Assembly (NCBI GenBank): GCA_012839865.1
Contig: DUMO01000044.1
Coordinates: forward strand, 1-38,438
DNA: 38,438 nucleotides
Reading direction: 5' to 3'
Origin: Clostridiaceae bacterium
GTDB lineage: Bacteria; Bacillota; Clostridia; CAYPLH01; DUMO01
Both the position numbers and the translations under genes were made by a program. The notes beneath the pieces are model-generated. The model saw only the letters and a list, made by a program, of their open reading frames with translations, did no database searches and was not told the DNA's origin. Positions within the stretch are counted from its first letter, which is position 1. Each line of letters opens with the position of its first letter. Shown here piece by piece: positions 1-9,797 of this stretch.

Positions 1-126
1 GTGTAGGAATGGCCACAAAACCATTCCAGCAGTAGAGGGGTTGGACACCCCGGAAGCGTACCGATGGAACAGTCATTGTTTCGTTGAGAGCTCGAAGCTC
101 GCCATTTCAATGGCGATGTAGTTCAC
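1..126 (+). mobile_element. Right end of an IS200/IS605-family element (candidate TnpB omegaRNA scaffold 3' part); rest lies outside the window
   Basis: GAAGC followed by a perfect hairpin TCGCCAT-TTCA-ATGGCGA (99-116) and then TGTAGTTCAC ending at 126; this subterminal hairpin plus GTAGTTCAC terminus is the pattern typical of IS605/IS1341 right ends. No transposase or TnpB ORF is in the window. Confidence 0.6.
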
Positions 127-272
127 TTTTACATAAAGAATATTTTTAAGGGAATCGAGCAGGCTCAAGCCTACTGCCCCAAAAAGCCCTTGTTAACAAT
201 TCTCCTTATATGTGGCAGCTTCGCCATATTTTTACCATTGCCTTGCATAGAGCTCCTGTTTGACAAAAATTC

Positions 273-488
273 CTATAATTGCTCTTGAGCCATTTTAATC
301 AGTTTTTTTACCATTTGACCACCGATAGGCCCGCCCTGGGCACCGTTTACTCTTGAAGGCAAATCTCCCTTGTAATGGTCGTTAAACTCCTTGCAGTATT
401 GAAGATGCCCAATTTCTTTTGCCGCTTCCAGCTTTAAGCGCTTCATTGCATCTTCTGCTCCAGGTACCAGGTAATTATTTCTTGCCAT
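273..488 (-). CDS. alpha/beta-type small acid-soluble spore protein (SASP)
   Basis: MARNNYLVPGAEDAMKRLKLEAAKEIG...KGDLPSRVNGAQGGPIGGQMVKKLI matches the SASP pattern (K.E.A.E.G...GDL.SR.NG..GG.MVK); start moved to ATG 488, preceded by AGGTGGTG RBS. Confidence 0.85.
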   Translation of the reverse strand: MARNNYLVPGAEDAMKRLKLEAAKEIGHLQYCKEFNDHYKGDLPSRVNGAQGGPIGGQMVKKLIKMAQEQL

Positions 489-789
489 TTTTTTCACCAC
501 CTTGTTATTGCTGATTTTAACCGTATTTGAAATTACTTTCTAAGAAAAATACAACATGATGACAATATTATTATTTGTACAAAACATATTTTAAAGCTCA
601 TAAAATATATACTTTAATGGTAAAAAAATCAAGAGCAGACCGTCGGAAGCTTTAAAAGTTTTCAAAAGAACAACCAACTCATGATACAACATTGGAAAGG
701 AAGATGTACTTGCATAAATCATTGAGTAAAAAAAAGATACCTTTATTTTATTAGATATCCAGGTAAAATAAATGCAAAAATTATACCCT

Positions 790-818
790 TTGACAATGCC
801 TGCAACTTAATTTAAAAT
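790..818 (+). promoter_or_regulatory. sigma-A-like promoter upstream of the YerC/YecD gene
   Basis: TTGACA (790-795), 17 nt spacer, TAAAAT (813-818). Confidence 0.6.
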
Positions 819-883
819 GTTATTGTAAGTTATTAACTATTAACATTTTTACAAATTTTGTAACTTGCCGGGGGATATGCTTT

Positions 884-1177
884 GTGAATTCAAAAATTAG
901 ATCCGAATCGGTTAACAGGTTGTTTGAAGCAATATTATTATTGGAAAATGTCGATGAATGCTATAATTTTTTTGAAGATATCTGTACCATTGCAGAAATT
1001 AAAGCTATGGCCCAGAGGCTTGAAGTTGCAAAGATGTTGAGGGAAAAGGCCACCTATACTGAAATCAGCGAAAAAACCGGGGCAAGCACTGCAACCATAA
1101 GCAGGGTTAACCGATCATTAAATTATGGCGCGGACGGATATAATCTTATACTTAACCGCCTGGAAGGCAAGAAGTAA
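884..1177 (+). CDS. YerC/YecD family TrpR-like DNA-binding protein
   Basis: LFEAILLL...ECYNFFEDICTIAEIKAMAQRLEVAKML...TY.EI...TGASTATISRVNRSLNYGADGY is the YerC/YecD signature; GTG start after GGGGGA. Confidence 0.9.
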   Translation: MNSKIRSESVNRLFEAILLLENVDECYNFFEDICTIAEIKAMAQRLEVAKMLREKATYTEISEKTGASTATISRVNRSLNYGADGYNLILNRLEGKK

Positions 1178-1858
1178 TATACGGACTGATACAAGCCCGC
1201 AGCAATCCTCCATGTTATCGGATTGGAAAAAATTATGCTAAGAATTATTTTTGCAAGTTTAATCATATTATCCACCATAAATGCCGAGACTTTTGTCCTG
1301 CTTGACAATTGCAACTCCGGGTTTTTGTCCTGTTTGAAAACTTCCTTAAGTACGCAGGAGGAAGCCGGGAAGGGTCCGCAAAAGTTGTCTTCGGCTGCAA
1401 CAGGTTTAAAATGCGACAATCATAAAGCTAATTTTTTTCTTCCATACTTTGTTTATTCCAATTCCTGTGTATACCGGTCTTTTTGCAGGCAGGATTCATG
1501 CTTTTGCTTTTTTCACCAGGATGTTTTTGTTCAACAAATAAACAAGGATATAGTGTTGCACCACTCCAATCTTTCTCCGCCCTTTGCTTATTCAGTATAT
1601 TTTTAAACTTTAAAGTCATGAAGCCAGGGATTGCCTGATATGCTTCCAAGGTTCCTGAATGGGAGTTGATGTGATTAATTCAGGAGAATCCCGGTGCTGT
1701 TTAAACCGGTACCATGACCTGTCAAGATTTTCATGCATTTTGACACTTTATAGTTTTGGCATAATTCTTGATATAAGGCACCGGTTCAAAATGATTGTGT
1801 GATTTTTAACCATTTTGTATAAACACCATGCAATAATTTTCAAAAGAGGTGATATCAT

Positions 1859-2455
1859 ATGCTTTATATTCTGGCCATAGCAGCAGCAATAACGGCAGGT
1901 GTCATAGCCGGCGGAAAAGTGTCTAATCTTGCTGATATCAGGATCAATAAGGCCTGGTTGATAATTGTGGCTTTTTCCATGCAGGCCCTTGTACAGATTC
2001 TGGGGATGAGGGAAATTGTTCCAGTCTCACAATACAGTATTGTAATTTCCGGTGTGGTTTATTGCCTGCTTTTTGCATGTTTCTGGTTTAATCGAAATTA
2101 TATTGGCATATGGTTTATTGCTGCCGGGTCCTTTATGAATGCCCTTGTAATGATGGCAAACGGTGGTAAAATGCCGGTGGAGGAAAGCATACTTGAGAGC
2201 CAGGGCGCACCTTTGGAAATTATTGAAAAGGTCAGGTTGGGGATGGACGGGAAGCATTCCATTATAGATGGAAGCACAAAACTGGTATTTTTGTCTGACA
2301 TTATTGAAACACCACCTTTCCTTGACTGGATGATGCAGATTGTAAGCATTGGAGACCTGGTTGTTGTGCTGGGATTATTCATCCTTGTATTTGAAATCGT
2401 AAAAAAAGGCAATACTCTAAACAATATTGGAGGTAGTAAAAGTGCGGTTAATTGA
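1859..2455 (+). CDS. DUF5317-like membrane protein
   Basis: Multiple hydrophobic segments with N...GGKMPV and SIGD motifs; RBS GAGGTG. Confidence 0.75.
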   Translation: MLYILAIAAAITAGVIAGGKVSNLADIRINKAWLIIVAFSMQALVQILGMREIVPVSQYSIVISGVVYCLLFACFWFNRNYIGIWFIAAGSFMNALVMMANGGKMPVEESILESQGAPLEIIEKVRLGMDGKHSIIDGSTKLVFLSDIIETPPFLDWMMQIVSIGDLVVVLGLFILVFEIVKKGNTLNNIGGSKSAVN

Positions 2456-5168
2456 GAAAATTTTTGGTTCATATAGTGATCGGGAAATTAAAAGGATTAT
2501 GCCTATTGTAGAGAAAATTGAATCCCTTGAGCCCCAGATGCAAAAATTGACTGATGAGCAGCTAAGGGGGAAAACAGCGGAGTTCAAGGAAAGGCTGAAA
2601 AAAGGTGAGACCCTTGATGATATTCTTCCTGAAGCCTTCGCAACAGTCAGGGAGGCATCATACAGGGTACTTGACAAGCGGCACTTCACAGTTCAGTTGA
2701 TCGGCGGTATTGTGCTTCACCAGGGAAGAATAGCGGAAATGAAGACAGGTGAAGGAAAAACAATAGTTGCAACACTTCCTGTTTATCTAAACGCTCTGGA
2801 AGGCAAAGGCGTGCATCTGGTAACCGTGAATGATTATCTGGCAAAATTCCATAGTGAATGGATGGGCAAAGTTTACAATTTTCTTGGCCTGTCAGTAGGG
2901 CTAATTGTTCATGACATGAACAATGCCCAAAGGCGGCAGGCGTATAATTGTGATATAACATACGGTACAAACAACGAGTTTGGCTTTGACTATCTGAGGG
3001 ACAACATGGTCATATATAAGGAAGAGATGGTTCAAAGAGAACTGCATTATGCCATTGTAGACGAAGTAGACAGCATATTGATAGATGAAGCAAGAACACC
3101 CCTTATCATATCCGGAGCGGCAGACAAATCAACGGATTTGTATAGGGTAGCGAACTCCTTTGTAAGCAGGCTGAAGGCAAAGGTTTATACCCAGACGGAT
3201 GACAAGGAGGACATGGACGACCTGGAGGAAGATTACATTGTAGATGAAAAGGCGCATACTGTAGCCCTTACTGCAAAGGGAGTAAAAAAGGCTGAGCAGT
3301 TCTTTAATGTAGAAAATATCACCGATCCGGAAAACATGACCATAATGCATCATATAAACCAGGCGTGCAAAGCCCATGGGCTGATGAAGCGGGACAGGGA
3401 TTATGTTGTCAAAGATGGTGAAGTAATTATTGTTGATGAATTTACCGGGCGTTTAATGTACGGACGGCGCTACAGTGAGGGCTTGCACCAGGCTATAGAG
3501 GCAAAAGAAGGAGTTACGGTGGAAAGAGAGAGCAAAACCCTTGCCACCATTACATTCCAGAATTATTTCCGCATGTACAAAAAGCTTGCCGGCATGACCG
3601 GTACCGCCTTGACTGAAGAGCAGGAATTCCGGGATATCTATGGCATGGATGTTGTTGCAATTCCGACAAACAAACCCATGATAAGAGTGGATCATCCGGA
3701 TGTAGTGTATAGAAATGAAAAAGGAAAATTCAATGCAGTCATTGATGAGATTGTGGAATGCCACAAAAAGGGGCAGCCTGTCCTTGTGGGTACAATTTCC
3801 ATAGAAAAATCTGAAATTTTGAGTGCAATGCTCAAAAGGCGGGGTGTTCCCCACAATGTCCTGAATGCAAAATTTCATGAAATGGAAGCTGAAATAGTTG
3901 CCCAGGCTGGAAGGTTGGGGGCGGTCACCATCGCCACAAACATGGCGGGCCGTGGTACTGATATCATGCTTGGCGGAAACCCTGAGTTTATGGCAATGCA
4001 GGAGATGAGAAAAAGAGGTATTCCCGAAGAAATTGTTATTAGAGCCATCGGATTTGATGAAACCCAGGATGAGGAAGTACTAAGTGCAAGAAGGTTGTTC
4101 AGAGAGCTGCATGCCATGTACAAGGTTAAAACAGATGAGGAGCATGACAAGGTTGTAGCCTTGGGCGGGCTTCATATAATCGGAACCGAAAGGCATGAAT
4201 CGAGACGTATAGACAATCAGCTTCGGGGCCGTTCAGGCAGGCAGGGAGACCCGGGTTCCTCCAGGTTCTACATTTCCCTGGAAGATGACCTTATGAGGTT
4301 GTTTGGATCAGATAGAATATCCGGTATAGTAGATGCCCTGGGACTTGAGGAAGACCAGCCTATTGAGCACCGGATGCTGTCCAATGCAATTGAAAATGCT
4401 CAAAAGAGGGTGGAAAGCAGGAACTTTAATATCCGAAAACATGTGCTGCAGTATGACGATGTAATGAACAAGCAGAGAGAAGTCATTTACAAGCAAAGAA
4501 GGACTGTCTTGAATGGTGAAAGCCTGAAAGCTACTTATGAAAAAATTATTTCCGGAACCGTGGATCATATGGTGCAGTTGTTTTGTTCAGAAAGCCCGCA
4601 TCCGGACGATTGGGACTGGGATGGACTTATCCGGTATGCGGAAAGCATTTTCCTGCCCAAAGGCGCACTGGATGACATGCGCAGAAACCTTGAAGGTTTG
4701 ACTGTGGATATTTTGAAAGAAAGACTTGTATCAATTGGACTTGAAATGTATCAACATAAGGAAGAGCAGTTTGGAGAAGCAACTGTGCGTGAGATTGAAA
4801 GAATTATCATGCTGCGGGTAGTTGATCAAAAATGGATGGACCATATCGATGCTATGGACCAACTGCGGCATGGTATCGGTTTGCGGGCATATGGCCAGAG
4901 AGATCCTGTCATTGAATACAAGTTTGAAGGGTTTGAGATGTTCGAAGAAATGATAAGGAGTATTCAGGAAGATGCCTTAAGAATATTGCTCCATACCCGT
5001 GTTGAAAATGCTCCCATGAAGCGTGAAAAGGTTGCCGAACCGGTAACTGCTTCTCATGGAGACACTCCCCAAAAGCCCCAGACAGTGAAAAAGGCTGCAC
5101 ACGTTGGCCGCAATGACCCGTGTCCCTGTGGCAGCGGGAAAAAATACAAAAAATGTTGCGGACAATAG
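2442..5168 (+). CDS. secA: Preprotein translocase ATPase SecA
   Basis: MKTGEGKT Walker [44 protein letters not shown]-terminal [18 protein letters not shown] zinc motif; start moved to GTG 2442 after GGAGGT (2429-2434). Confidence 0.98.
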   Translation: MRLIEKIFGSYSDREIKRIMPIVEKIESLEPQMQKLTDEQLRGKTAEFKERLKKGETLDDILPEAFATVREASYRVLDKRHFTVQLIGGIVLHQGRIAEMKTGEGKTIVATLPVYLNALEGKGVHLVTVNDYLAKFHSEWMGKVYNFLGLSVGLIVHDMNNAQRRQAYNCDITYGTNNEFGFDYLRDNMVIYKEEMVQRELHYAIVDEVDSILIDEARTPLIISGAADKSTDLYRVANSFVSRLKAKVYTQTDDKEDMDDLEEDYIVDEKAHTVALTAKGVKKAEQFFNVENITDPENMTIMHHINQACKAHGLMKRDRDYVVKDGEVIIVDEFTGRLMYGRRYSEGLHQAIEAKEGVTVERESKTLATITFQNYFRMYKKLAGMTGTALTEEQEFRDIYGMDVVAIPTNKPMIRVDHPDVVYRNEKGKFNAVIDEIVECHKKGQPVLVGTISIEKSEILSAMLKRRGVPHNVLNAKFHEMEAEIVAQAGRLGAVTIATNMAGRGTDIMLGGNPEFMAMQEMRKRGIPEEIVIRAIGFDETQDEEVLSARRLFRELHAMYKVKTDEEHDKVVALGGLHIIGTERHESRRIDNQLRGRSGRQGDPGSSRFYISLEDDLMRLFGSDRISGIVDALGLEEDQPIEHRMLSNAIENAQKRVESRNFNIRKHVLQYDDVMNKQREVIYKQRRTVLNGESLKATYEKIISGTVDHMVQLFCSESPHPDDWDWDGLIRYAESIFLPKGALDDMRRNLEGLTVDILKERLVSIGLEMYQHKEEQFGEATVREIERIIMLRVVDQKWMDHIDAMDQLRHGIGLRAYGQRDPVIEYKFEGFEMFEEMIRSIQEDALRILLHTRVENAPMKREKVAEPVTASHGDTPQKPQTVKKAAHVGRNDPCPCGSGKKYKKCCGQ

Positions 5169-5189
5169 TTTGTTATAATTATGAACAAA

Positions 5190-5236
5190 CCCGTGCCTTA
5201 AAAGAGGTGAAGGTAAACCCTTTTTTAAGGCACGGG
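5190..5236. terminator. Long stem-loop downstream of secA (terminator or stabilising hairpin)
   Basis: CCCGTGCCTTAAAA (5190-5203) and TTTTAAGGCACGGG (5223-5236) form a perfect 14-bp inverted repeat; no clear U-tract follows. Confidence 0.5.
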
Positions 5237-5420
5237 AATAGACTGGTGCATGTTGAAAAGGTGAAATTGATTTCTGAAGGAATTGAAATTGTCACAGGAT
5301 AATTATCATGAAGCCAAACAAGGAGTAAAGATCGGTGAAAGGCCGTTGAAATGCACAGAACGACAAACATTTTAAGGATACAAACGAAAATTCAATAAAT
5401 ATACGAAACGGAGTTTAACT

Positions 5421-6701
5421 ATGAACTATAACGAGGCAATAGAATACATACATAGCTCTTATAAGTTCGGAATCAAGCTTGGTCTTGAAAATATAAAAAC
5501 ACTTCTTAATCTTCTGGGAAATCCCCAGGACAGCTTAAAATACGTCCATATTGCCGGAACAAACGGCAAAGGTTCCACTGCCGCCTATATAACCCAAATT
5601 CTCATGGAGGCAGGGTACAATGTAGGCACTTATACATCACCTTATCTTCTGAGATTTACAGAACGCATTAAATTCAATAATATTGAAATTGAAGAAGAAA
5701 CACTGGCGGAACTGACAGAAAAAGTAAGGGAAAAAGTGGAAGCCATGGCAGGTATGGGTCTTAATCACCCCACTGAATTTGAAATTGTTACCGCGATTGG
5801 TTTCTTATATTTTGCCCTGAAAAAATGTGACATTGTTGTTTTGGAGGTAGGACTTGGGGGGAGGTTTGATTCCACCAATGTCATAAATTGCCCCCTTGTC
5901 AGTGTCATCACCTCCATCAGCCTGGACCATACCCGGCACCTGGGGGAAACCCTTGCCAAAATTGCCTATGAAAAGGCAGGTATAATAAAGGAAAAGGGAG
6001 ATGTTTCAATATATCCTCTGGAGGATGAGGCCTTAAGGGTTGTGAAGCAGGTCTGCCTGGAGAAGAACGCGAGACTTGTAAGTTTCGGCAAAAATGATGT
6101 AAAGGTTAAAAGTGAAGGAATTTTCGGACAGGAGTTTGATTTTGGCAGGTTCAAAGATTTGAAAATAACCCTGCCGGGTGAGCATCAGCCTTATAATGCC
6201 GCCCTTGCGGTGCAAACTGTGGATTTACTGAGAGAAAAGGGATTAAAAATAAGTGATGAAGCCATAATAAACGGATTGTTAAAGACAAAATGGCCCGGGA
6301 GAATGGAAGTCGTATCCCGCAACCCCGCAGTGATTATTGACGGAGCGCACAATCCTGATGCTGCGCTTAAGTTGACTCAAAGTTTGAGCAAGTATTTCCC
6401 CGGTAAAAAAATAATATTTATAATGGGTGTAATGAAGGACAAGAACTATATGGAAATGATCAGGGCGGCTGCGCCAATAGCCAGGTGCTTTATAGCAGTT
6501 GCAACACTGGATGAATCCCGGAGCCTGCCTGCGGAAGAATTGGCAGCTTGTATAAAACAGTATTGTAATAATGTACTGATTGGTGATACAATTAAAGGAG
6601 CTGTTGACACTGCATTAAACCTTGCAGATCAGAATGATGTTATATGCGCCTTTGGTTCATTGTATTACATTGGAGAAGTCAAAAGCTTGCTGGAAAACTG
6701 A
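5421..6701 (+). CDS. folC: Folylpolyglutamate synthase/dihydrofolate synthase
   Basis: HIAGTNGKGS, TYTSPYL..FTERI, EVGLGGRFDSTN, WPGRME, IIDGAHNP, FGSLY motifs. Confidence 0.95.
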   Translation: MNYNEAIEYIHSSYKFGIKLGLENIKTLLNLLGNPQDSLKYVHIAGTNGKGSTAAYITQILMEAGYNVGTYTSPYLLRFTERIKFNNIEIEEETLAELTEKVREKVEAMAGMGLNHPTEFEIVTAIGFLYFALKKCDIVVLEVGLGGRFDSTNVINCPLVSVITSISLDHTRHLGETLAKIAYEKAGIIKEKGDVSIYPLEDEALRVVKQVCLEKNARLVSFGKNDVKVKSEGIFGQEFDFGRFKDLKITLPGEHQPYNAALAVQTVDLLREKGLKISDEAIINGLLKTKWPGRMEVVSRNPAVIIDGAHNPDAALKLTQSLSKYFPGKKIIFIMGVMKDKNYMEMIRAAAPIARCFIAVATLDESRSLPAEELAACIKQYCNNVLIGDTIKGAVDTALNLADQNDVICAFGSLYYIGEVKSLLEN

Positions 6702-6776
6702 GAAAGCCGGCATCATAAAATTCATATTAAAATTCATATTCAATTTTCGTACTGAGTTTGATGAACTGTTCAGGAG

Positions 6777-7931
6777 GTGAATCGATTGATTAATTTTAAA
6801 AAGGAACTGGAGGAGTACTCTCCTATACAGTTGGAATTTGGGGAACAGGAGCATGAAATTCCTGATAATATTAAAAACTCGGCAATTTTATATAATAAAG
6901 CCCTTGAAAATTTAAAAATAGGAAGCGAAGATATTGCGATAATAGGGCTTAAGAAAGCCGTGTCAATGAACCCTGAGTTTCTTAAAGCAATGAATCTCCT
7001 GGGGCTTGCCTATTGTATAGTGAATGATTTCGACAGCGCGGCTGAAGTTTTCAGGCAGGTAATTGATGCCGAAAAAAACAGTGTTAAGGCCCTGGAGTAT
7101 TTAAACAGCATCAGCAGCGCAAATACAGGTGATACAAAAGCTATACGGCCCAAAAAGGAAAAAGAAATAAAATTGAAGCCGGCAAAGAGTGCTGCACCAA
7201 GTGCTGCACCAAAAGAAGGGGATTCAACAATAAAATCTTTCAAGTTTAATACAATCAATTACTTGCTGGGAGCAGCGACAGGAGTTGCAATAATAATTTT
7301 TCTGGGCTTTATATATTTCTTCTTTTTGGATACCGGTACTGATGCAGGGAATGCCGGCAATATCAATAATCCCCTTGATACGGCAATTTCCCAGAGAATA
7401 AGAGAAGAGCTGGAGTCAGAATACAAAGAGCAGCTTGCGGCTAAGGATAACGAGATAGGCAAACTAGAACAGGACCTGGAGGCCGCAAAGGAGAGTGCCA
7501 ATTACCTTAAGAATGTAATTTTGCTTAACGAGGTCAAACACCTGTTTGCTCTGGAAGAGTATGAAAAAGCGGCAGACAGGTTTATAGAAATAAAGGATCT
7601 GGAGTTTACAGGGGATGATAAAAAAACCTTTGACAAAATAAAGACTGATGAGATGAATAAAGCCATATGGTCAATATACAACCAGGGTTTGGATTATTTC
7701 AAAAAGGCACAGTATAGCCAGGCTCTGGAAAGGTTTGTAAAAGTTGAGGGCTATGTTGATGAATGGTCAAATATGGACTGGCTGCTTTATCATATGGGTG
7801 TCTGCTACAAGGAACTGAACGATTCACGAAAAGCGCTGGAAATGTTTGAAAAGATTAAGGATGAATATCAGAATAGCGGAACCATTCAATATGTCAACTA
7901 TATGATTGACCAAATAACAAACAAAGTTTGA
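6777..7931 (+). CDS. Membrane-anchored TPR protein (N-terminal TPRs, one TM helix, coiled coil, C-terminal TPRs)
   Basis: TPR-like helices (LYNKALENLKIG..., AMNLLGLAY..., LYHMGVCY) flanking hydrophobic LLGAATGVAIIIFLGFIYFFFL; RBS AGGAGG before GTG. Confidence 0.8.
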   Translation: MNRLINFKKELEEYSPIQLEFGEQEHEIPDNIKNSAILYNKALENLKIGSEDIAIIGLKKAVSMNPEFLKAMNLLGLAYCIVNDFDSAAEVFRQVIDAEKNSVKALEYLNSISSANTGDTKAIRPKKEKEIKLKPAKSAAPSAAPKEGDSTIKSFKFNTINYLLGAATGVAIIIFLGFIYFFFLDTGTDAGNAGNINNPLDTAISQRIREELESEYKEQLAAKDNEIGKLEQDLEAAKESANYLKNVILLNEVKHLFALEEYEKAADRFIEIKDLEFTGDDKKTFDKIKTDEMNKAIWSIYNQGLDYFKKAQYSQALERFVKVEGYVDEWSNMDWLLYHMGVCYKELNDSRKALEMFEKIKDEYQNSGTIQYVNYMIDQITNKV

Positions 7932-7986
7932 CAATTTTACTTAGAATGCTTTTATGTGGTTGCTGCTCAGAGGCAACCTCTCAAGA

Positions 7987-8191
7987 ATGAAAGGTATGCA
8001 TAAAATAACAAGGCTCTTATTTTGAGAAAACCGACAGTTCGCCTCATGCAAAAATGCTACCGCTTTTTACTCGCCCTCCCTGGCTCGAAAAAGCTAAAAA
8101 ACATCCTGTTTTTTTCACGTATTTTTGCATTCAGCTCACCTGGTTTTCTAACAAAATAAAGCCGATTGTTATTGTTCTGCATACCTTTCAT
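7987..8191. repeat. 205-bp imperfect palindrome, long copy (A) of a dispersed MITE/REP-like family
   Basis: Perfect 14-bp termini ATGAAAGGTATGCA / TGCATACCTTTCAT; inner paired blocks AATAACAA/TTGTTATT, TTATTTTG/CAAAATAA, AGAAAACC/GGTTTTCT, ATGCAAAAAT/ATTTTTGCAT. Confidence 0.85.
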
Positions 8192-8212
8192 ATCACAGAG
8201 ATGTTCCCAGGA

Positions 8213-9595
8213 CTATGCTGCATAAAGGTTAATGGTGCGTATCATCAGAAAGCTAATAAACCTTGCAGGGTAAATTGCCATTATTATATAAATCAGGCAG
8301 TAGGAGGGTGCAAGGAGCCTGGGATAATCTCCGTAGGAAAAGAATGCGGCAATGGCATAATGATAAAGTACTGCTGCAACTATTAAAATGAAAGGGAACA
8401 TTTTTTCTTTGGTTGATTTGCCTGCAAAAAATATCAGATAGATACACTCAAGAACTGACAGAAGTATCAACGGATAAAGGTTTTCAAAATAATCCGTTAT
8501 TTTTTTTATCTCTGTCAGGAGTTTGCTCTTGTTTTCCGAATTTGCCAGGGCATTTACAGCGATATAGTCCTTAAAGGGATTTTCCTGTATTAATTGAAAT
8601 GTCAAACCCGTACTTTTTATCATAAACTCAAAAGGATGCCCAAGAATAATTTTCTTTGCATATTTTCCAGCTTTCTCATAGTGATTTTCCCTGTACCCGT
8701 ATTTGCCAACAAAGTTCCAGGGTTCGGGGAATTTTCCATCCACTATGAGCCATTGGTTTTCGTTGTTCATGGCTTTTTCCACGTCAGCTTCAAGTTCAGG
8801 TATGTATTTTGCCATATCATATTGCATTACCTTTCCAAGCAAATTGACATTTCCAACAGAAGAAAACCCAAAATAACCGGTTTGAGCATAATGGAGCCCT
8901 GAGTACAGGAAGATGCTCCCATATATGATTGAGATGCATAAAATGAGTGGTTTTAACAAGTTTTTAATTTGTATGTCCTTTAGCAACAAGTACCTGACAG
9001 CAACCAGTACCGGTATGACAAGTGGGAATAAAAGAAAAAAGGGCTTTGTATATATTGCGGTAAAAGTCCAGAAGAATGAGAAGTAGAGATACTTATTCAC
9101 TTTACGGTTGAAAAATAAAACAAGATTATAGATTATTGAAGTCGCAAAAAGGATTGAAAAATTCTCGGAAAGCAAAACCAAGTCCCAATTGTAAATGGAA
9201 AAACCAATTGCGCACATAAATGAAACAATATATGACATGGTACGGTTTTTAAAAGCTTCATGCACCAGTTTGAATATTATCACAACATTTGCAAGGCCAA
9301 TCAATGATTGCAGGTAAGGCATAACCCGGCTTAAATTTGCCCATCCGTATTTAGTACCCATCAGCATGATTCCCAGGGGATAAACCGGAGGCCTGTATTC
9401 ACTAAGCCCCAGATGGTAGTACAAACTCATTGCGCAATCCAGGTAAGTCGGGGTATCGCTGACTTCTATTGCTTTGCCCAGGGATTTGTAGAGAAGTATT
9501 CTTATTCCTGCCCCCGATGCCATAATTGCTGCCATAATAAAGTTATGCAAGATACGCTTTTTTATATCTGTGCTTTCCTTCTTGTATTTAGTCAT
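8213..9595 (-). CDS. Polytopic membrane protein, probable GT-C fold glycosyltransferase (ArnT/PMT-like)
   Basis: About 10 hydrophobic segments; first-loop SDTPTYLDCA, RPPVYPL, LLSENFS, YTKP and late YPRLLAP motifs resemble GT-C enzymes. Confidence 0.6.
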   Translation of the reverse strand: MTKYKKESTDIKKRILHNFIMAAIMASGAGIRILLYKSLGKAIEVSDTPTYLDCAMSLYYHLGLSEYRPPVYPLGIMLMGTKYGWANLSRVMPYLQSLIGLANVVIIFKLVHEAFKNRTMSYIVSFMCAIGFSIYNWDLVLLSENFSILFATSIIYNLVLFFNRKVNKYLYFSFFWTFTAIYTKPFFLLFPLVIPVLVAVRYLLLKDIQIKNLLKPLILCISIIYGSIFLYSGLHYAQTGYFGFSSVGNVNLLGKVMQYDMAKYIPELEADVEKAMNNENQWLIVDGKFPEPWNFVGKYGYRENHYEKAGKYAKKIILGHPFEFMIKSTGLTFQLIQENPFKDYIAVNALANSENKSKLLTEIKKITDYFENLYPLILLSVLECIYLIFFAGKSTKEKMFPFILIVAAVLYHYAIAAFFSYGDYPRLLAPSYCLIYIIMAIYPARFISFLMIRTINLYAA

Positions 9596-9797
9596 CCGAG
9601 AAACCTCGTTTTGGTTTTACTTAAAAGTTTGTATTTTTATTTATAAACAGTTTTATTATTGGGTTAAAGCGCATAAAAATATACAGATTATAGAAACATA
9701 CCCGGAATTTATCACTGTTTTGTTATTTACATAATATATATGAAGTATAAAGCAATGCTGTTACCTTAAGTTTGAAAAAAAATTCCGATGAGGGGTT

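Noticed and set aside
127..270. GGAATCGAGCAGGCTC...AAAAGCC resembling the repeat's internal module
   Set aside because: Only short words match and the family termini are absent; more likely weak terminator hairpins.
1123..1649. ORFs 1123-1419(-), 1223-1606(+) and 1428-1649(-)
   Set aside because: No recognisable motifs or convincing RBS, and they overlap each other; not called as genes.
5120..5370. Small ORFs after secA
   Set aside because: They overlap the secA end and the hairpin, and have no family features.
6717..6740. Tandem AAAATTCATATT x2 between folC and the TPR gene
   Set aside because: Short AT-rich duplication, compatible with slippage.
7188..7211. 12-bp tandem duplication encoding SAAP-SAAP
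   Set aside because: In-frame linker duplication with no evident significance.
8054..8386. 110-aa plus-strand ORF
   Set aside because: It runs through the palindromic repeat and antisense to the glycosyltransferase; a shadow ORF.
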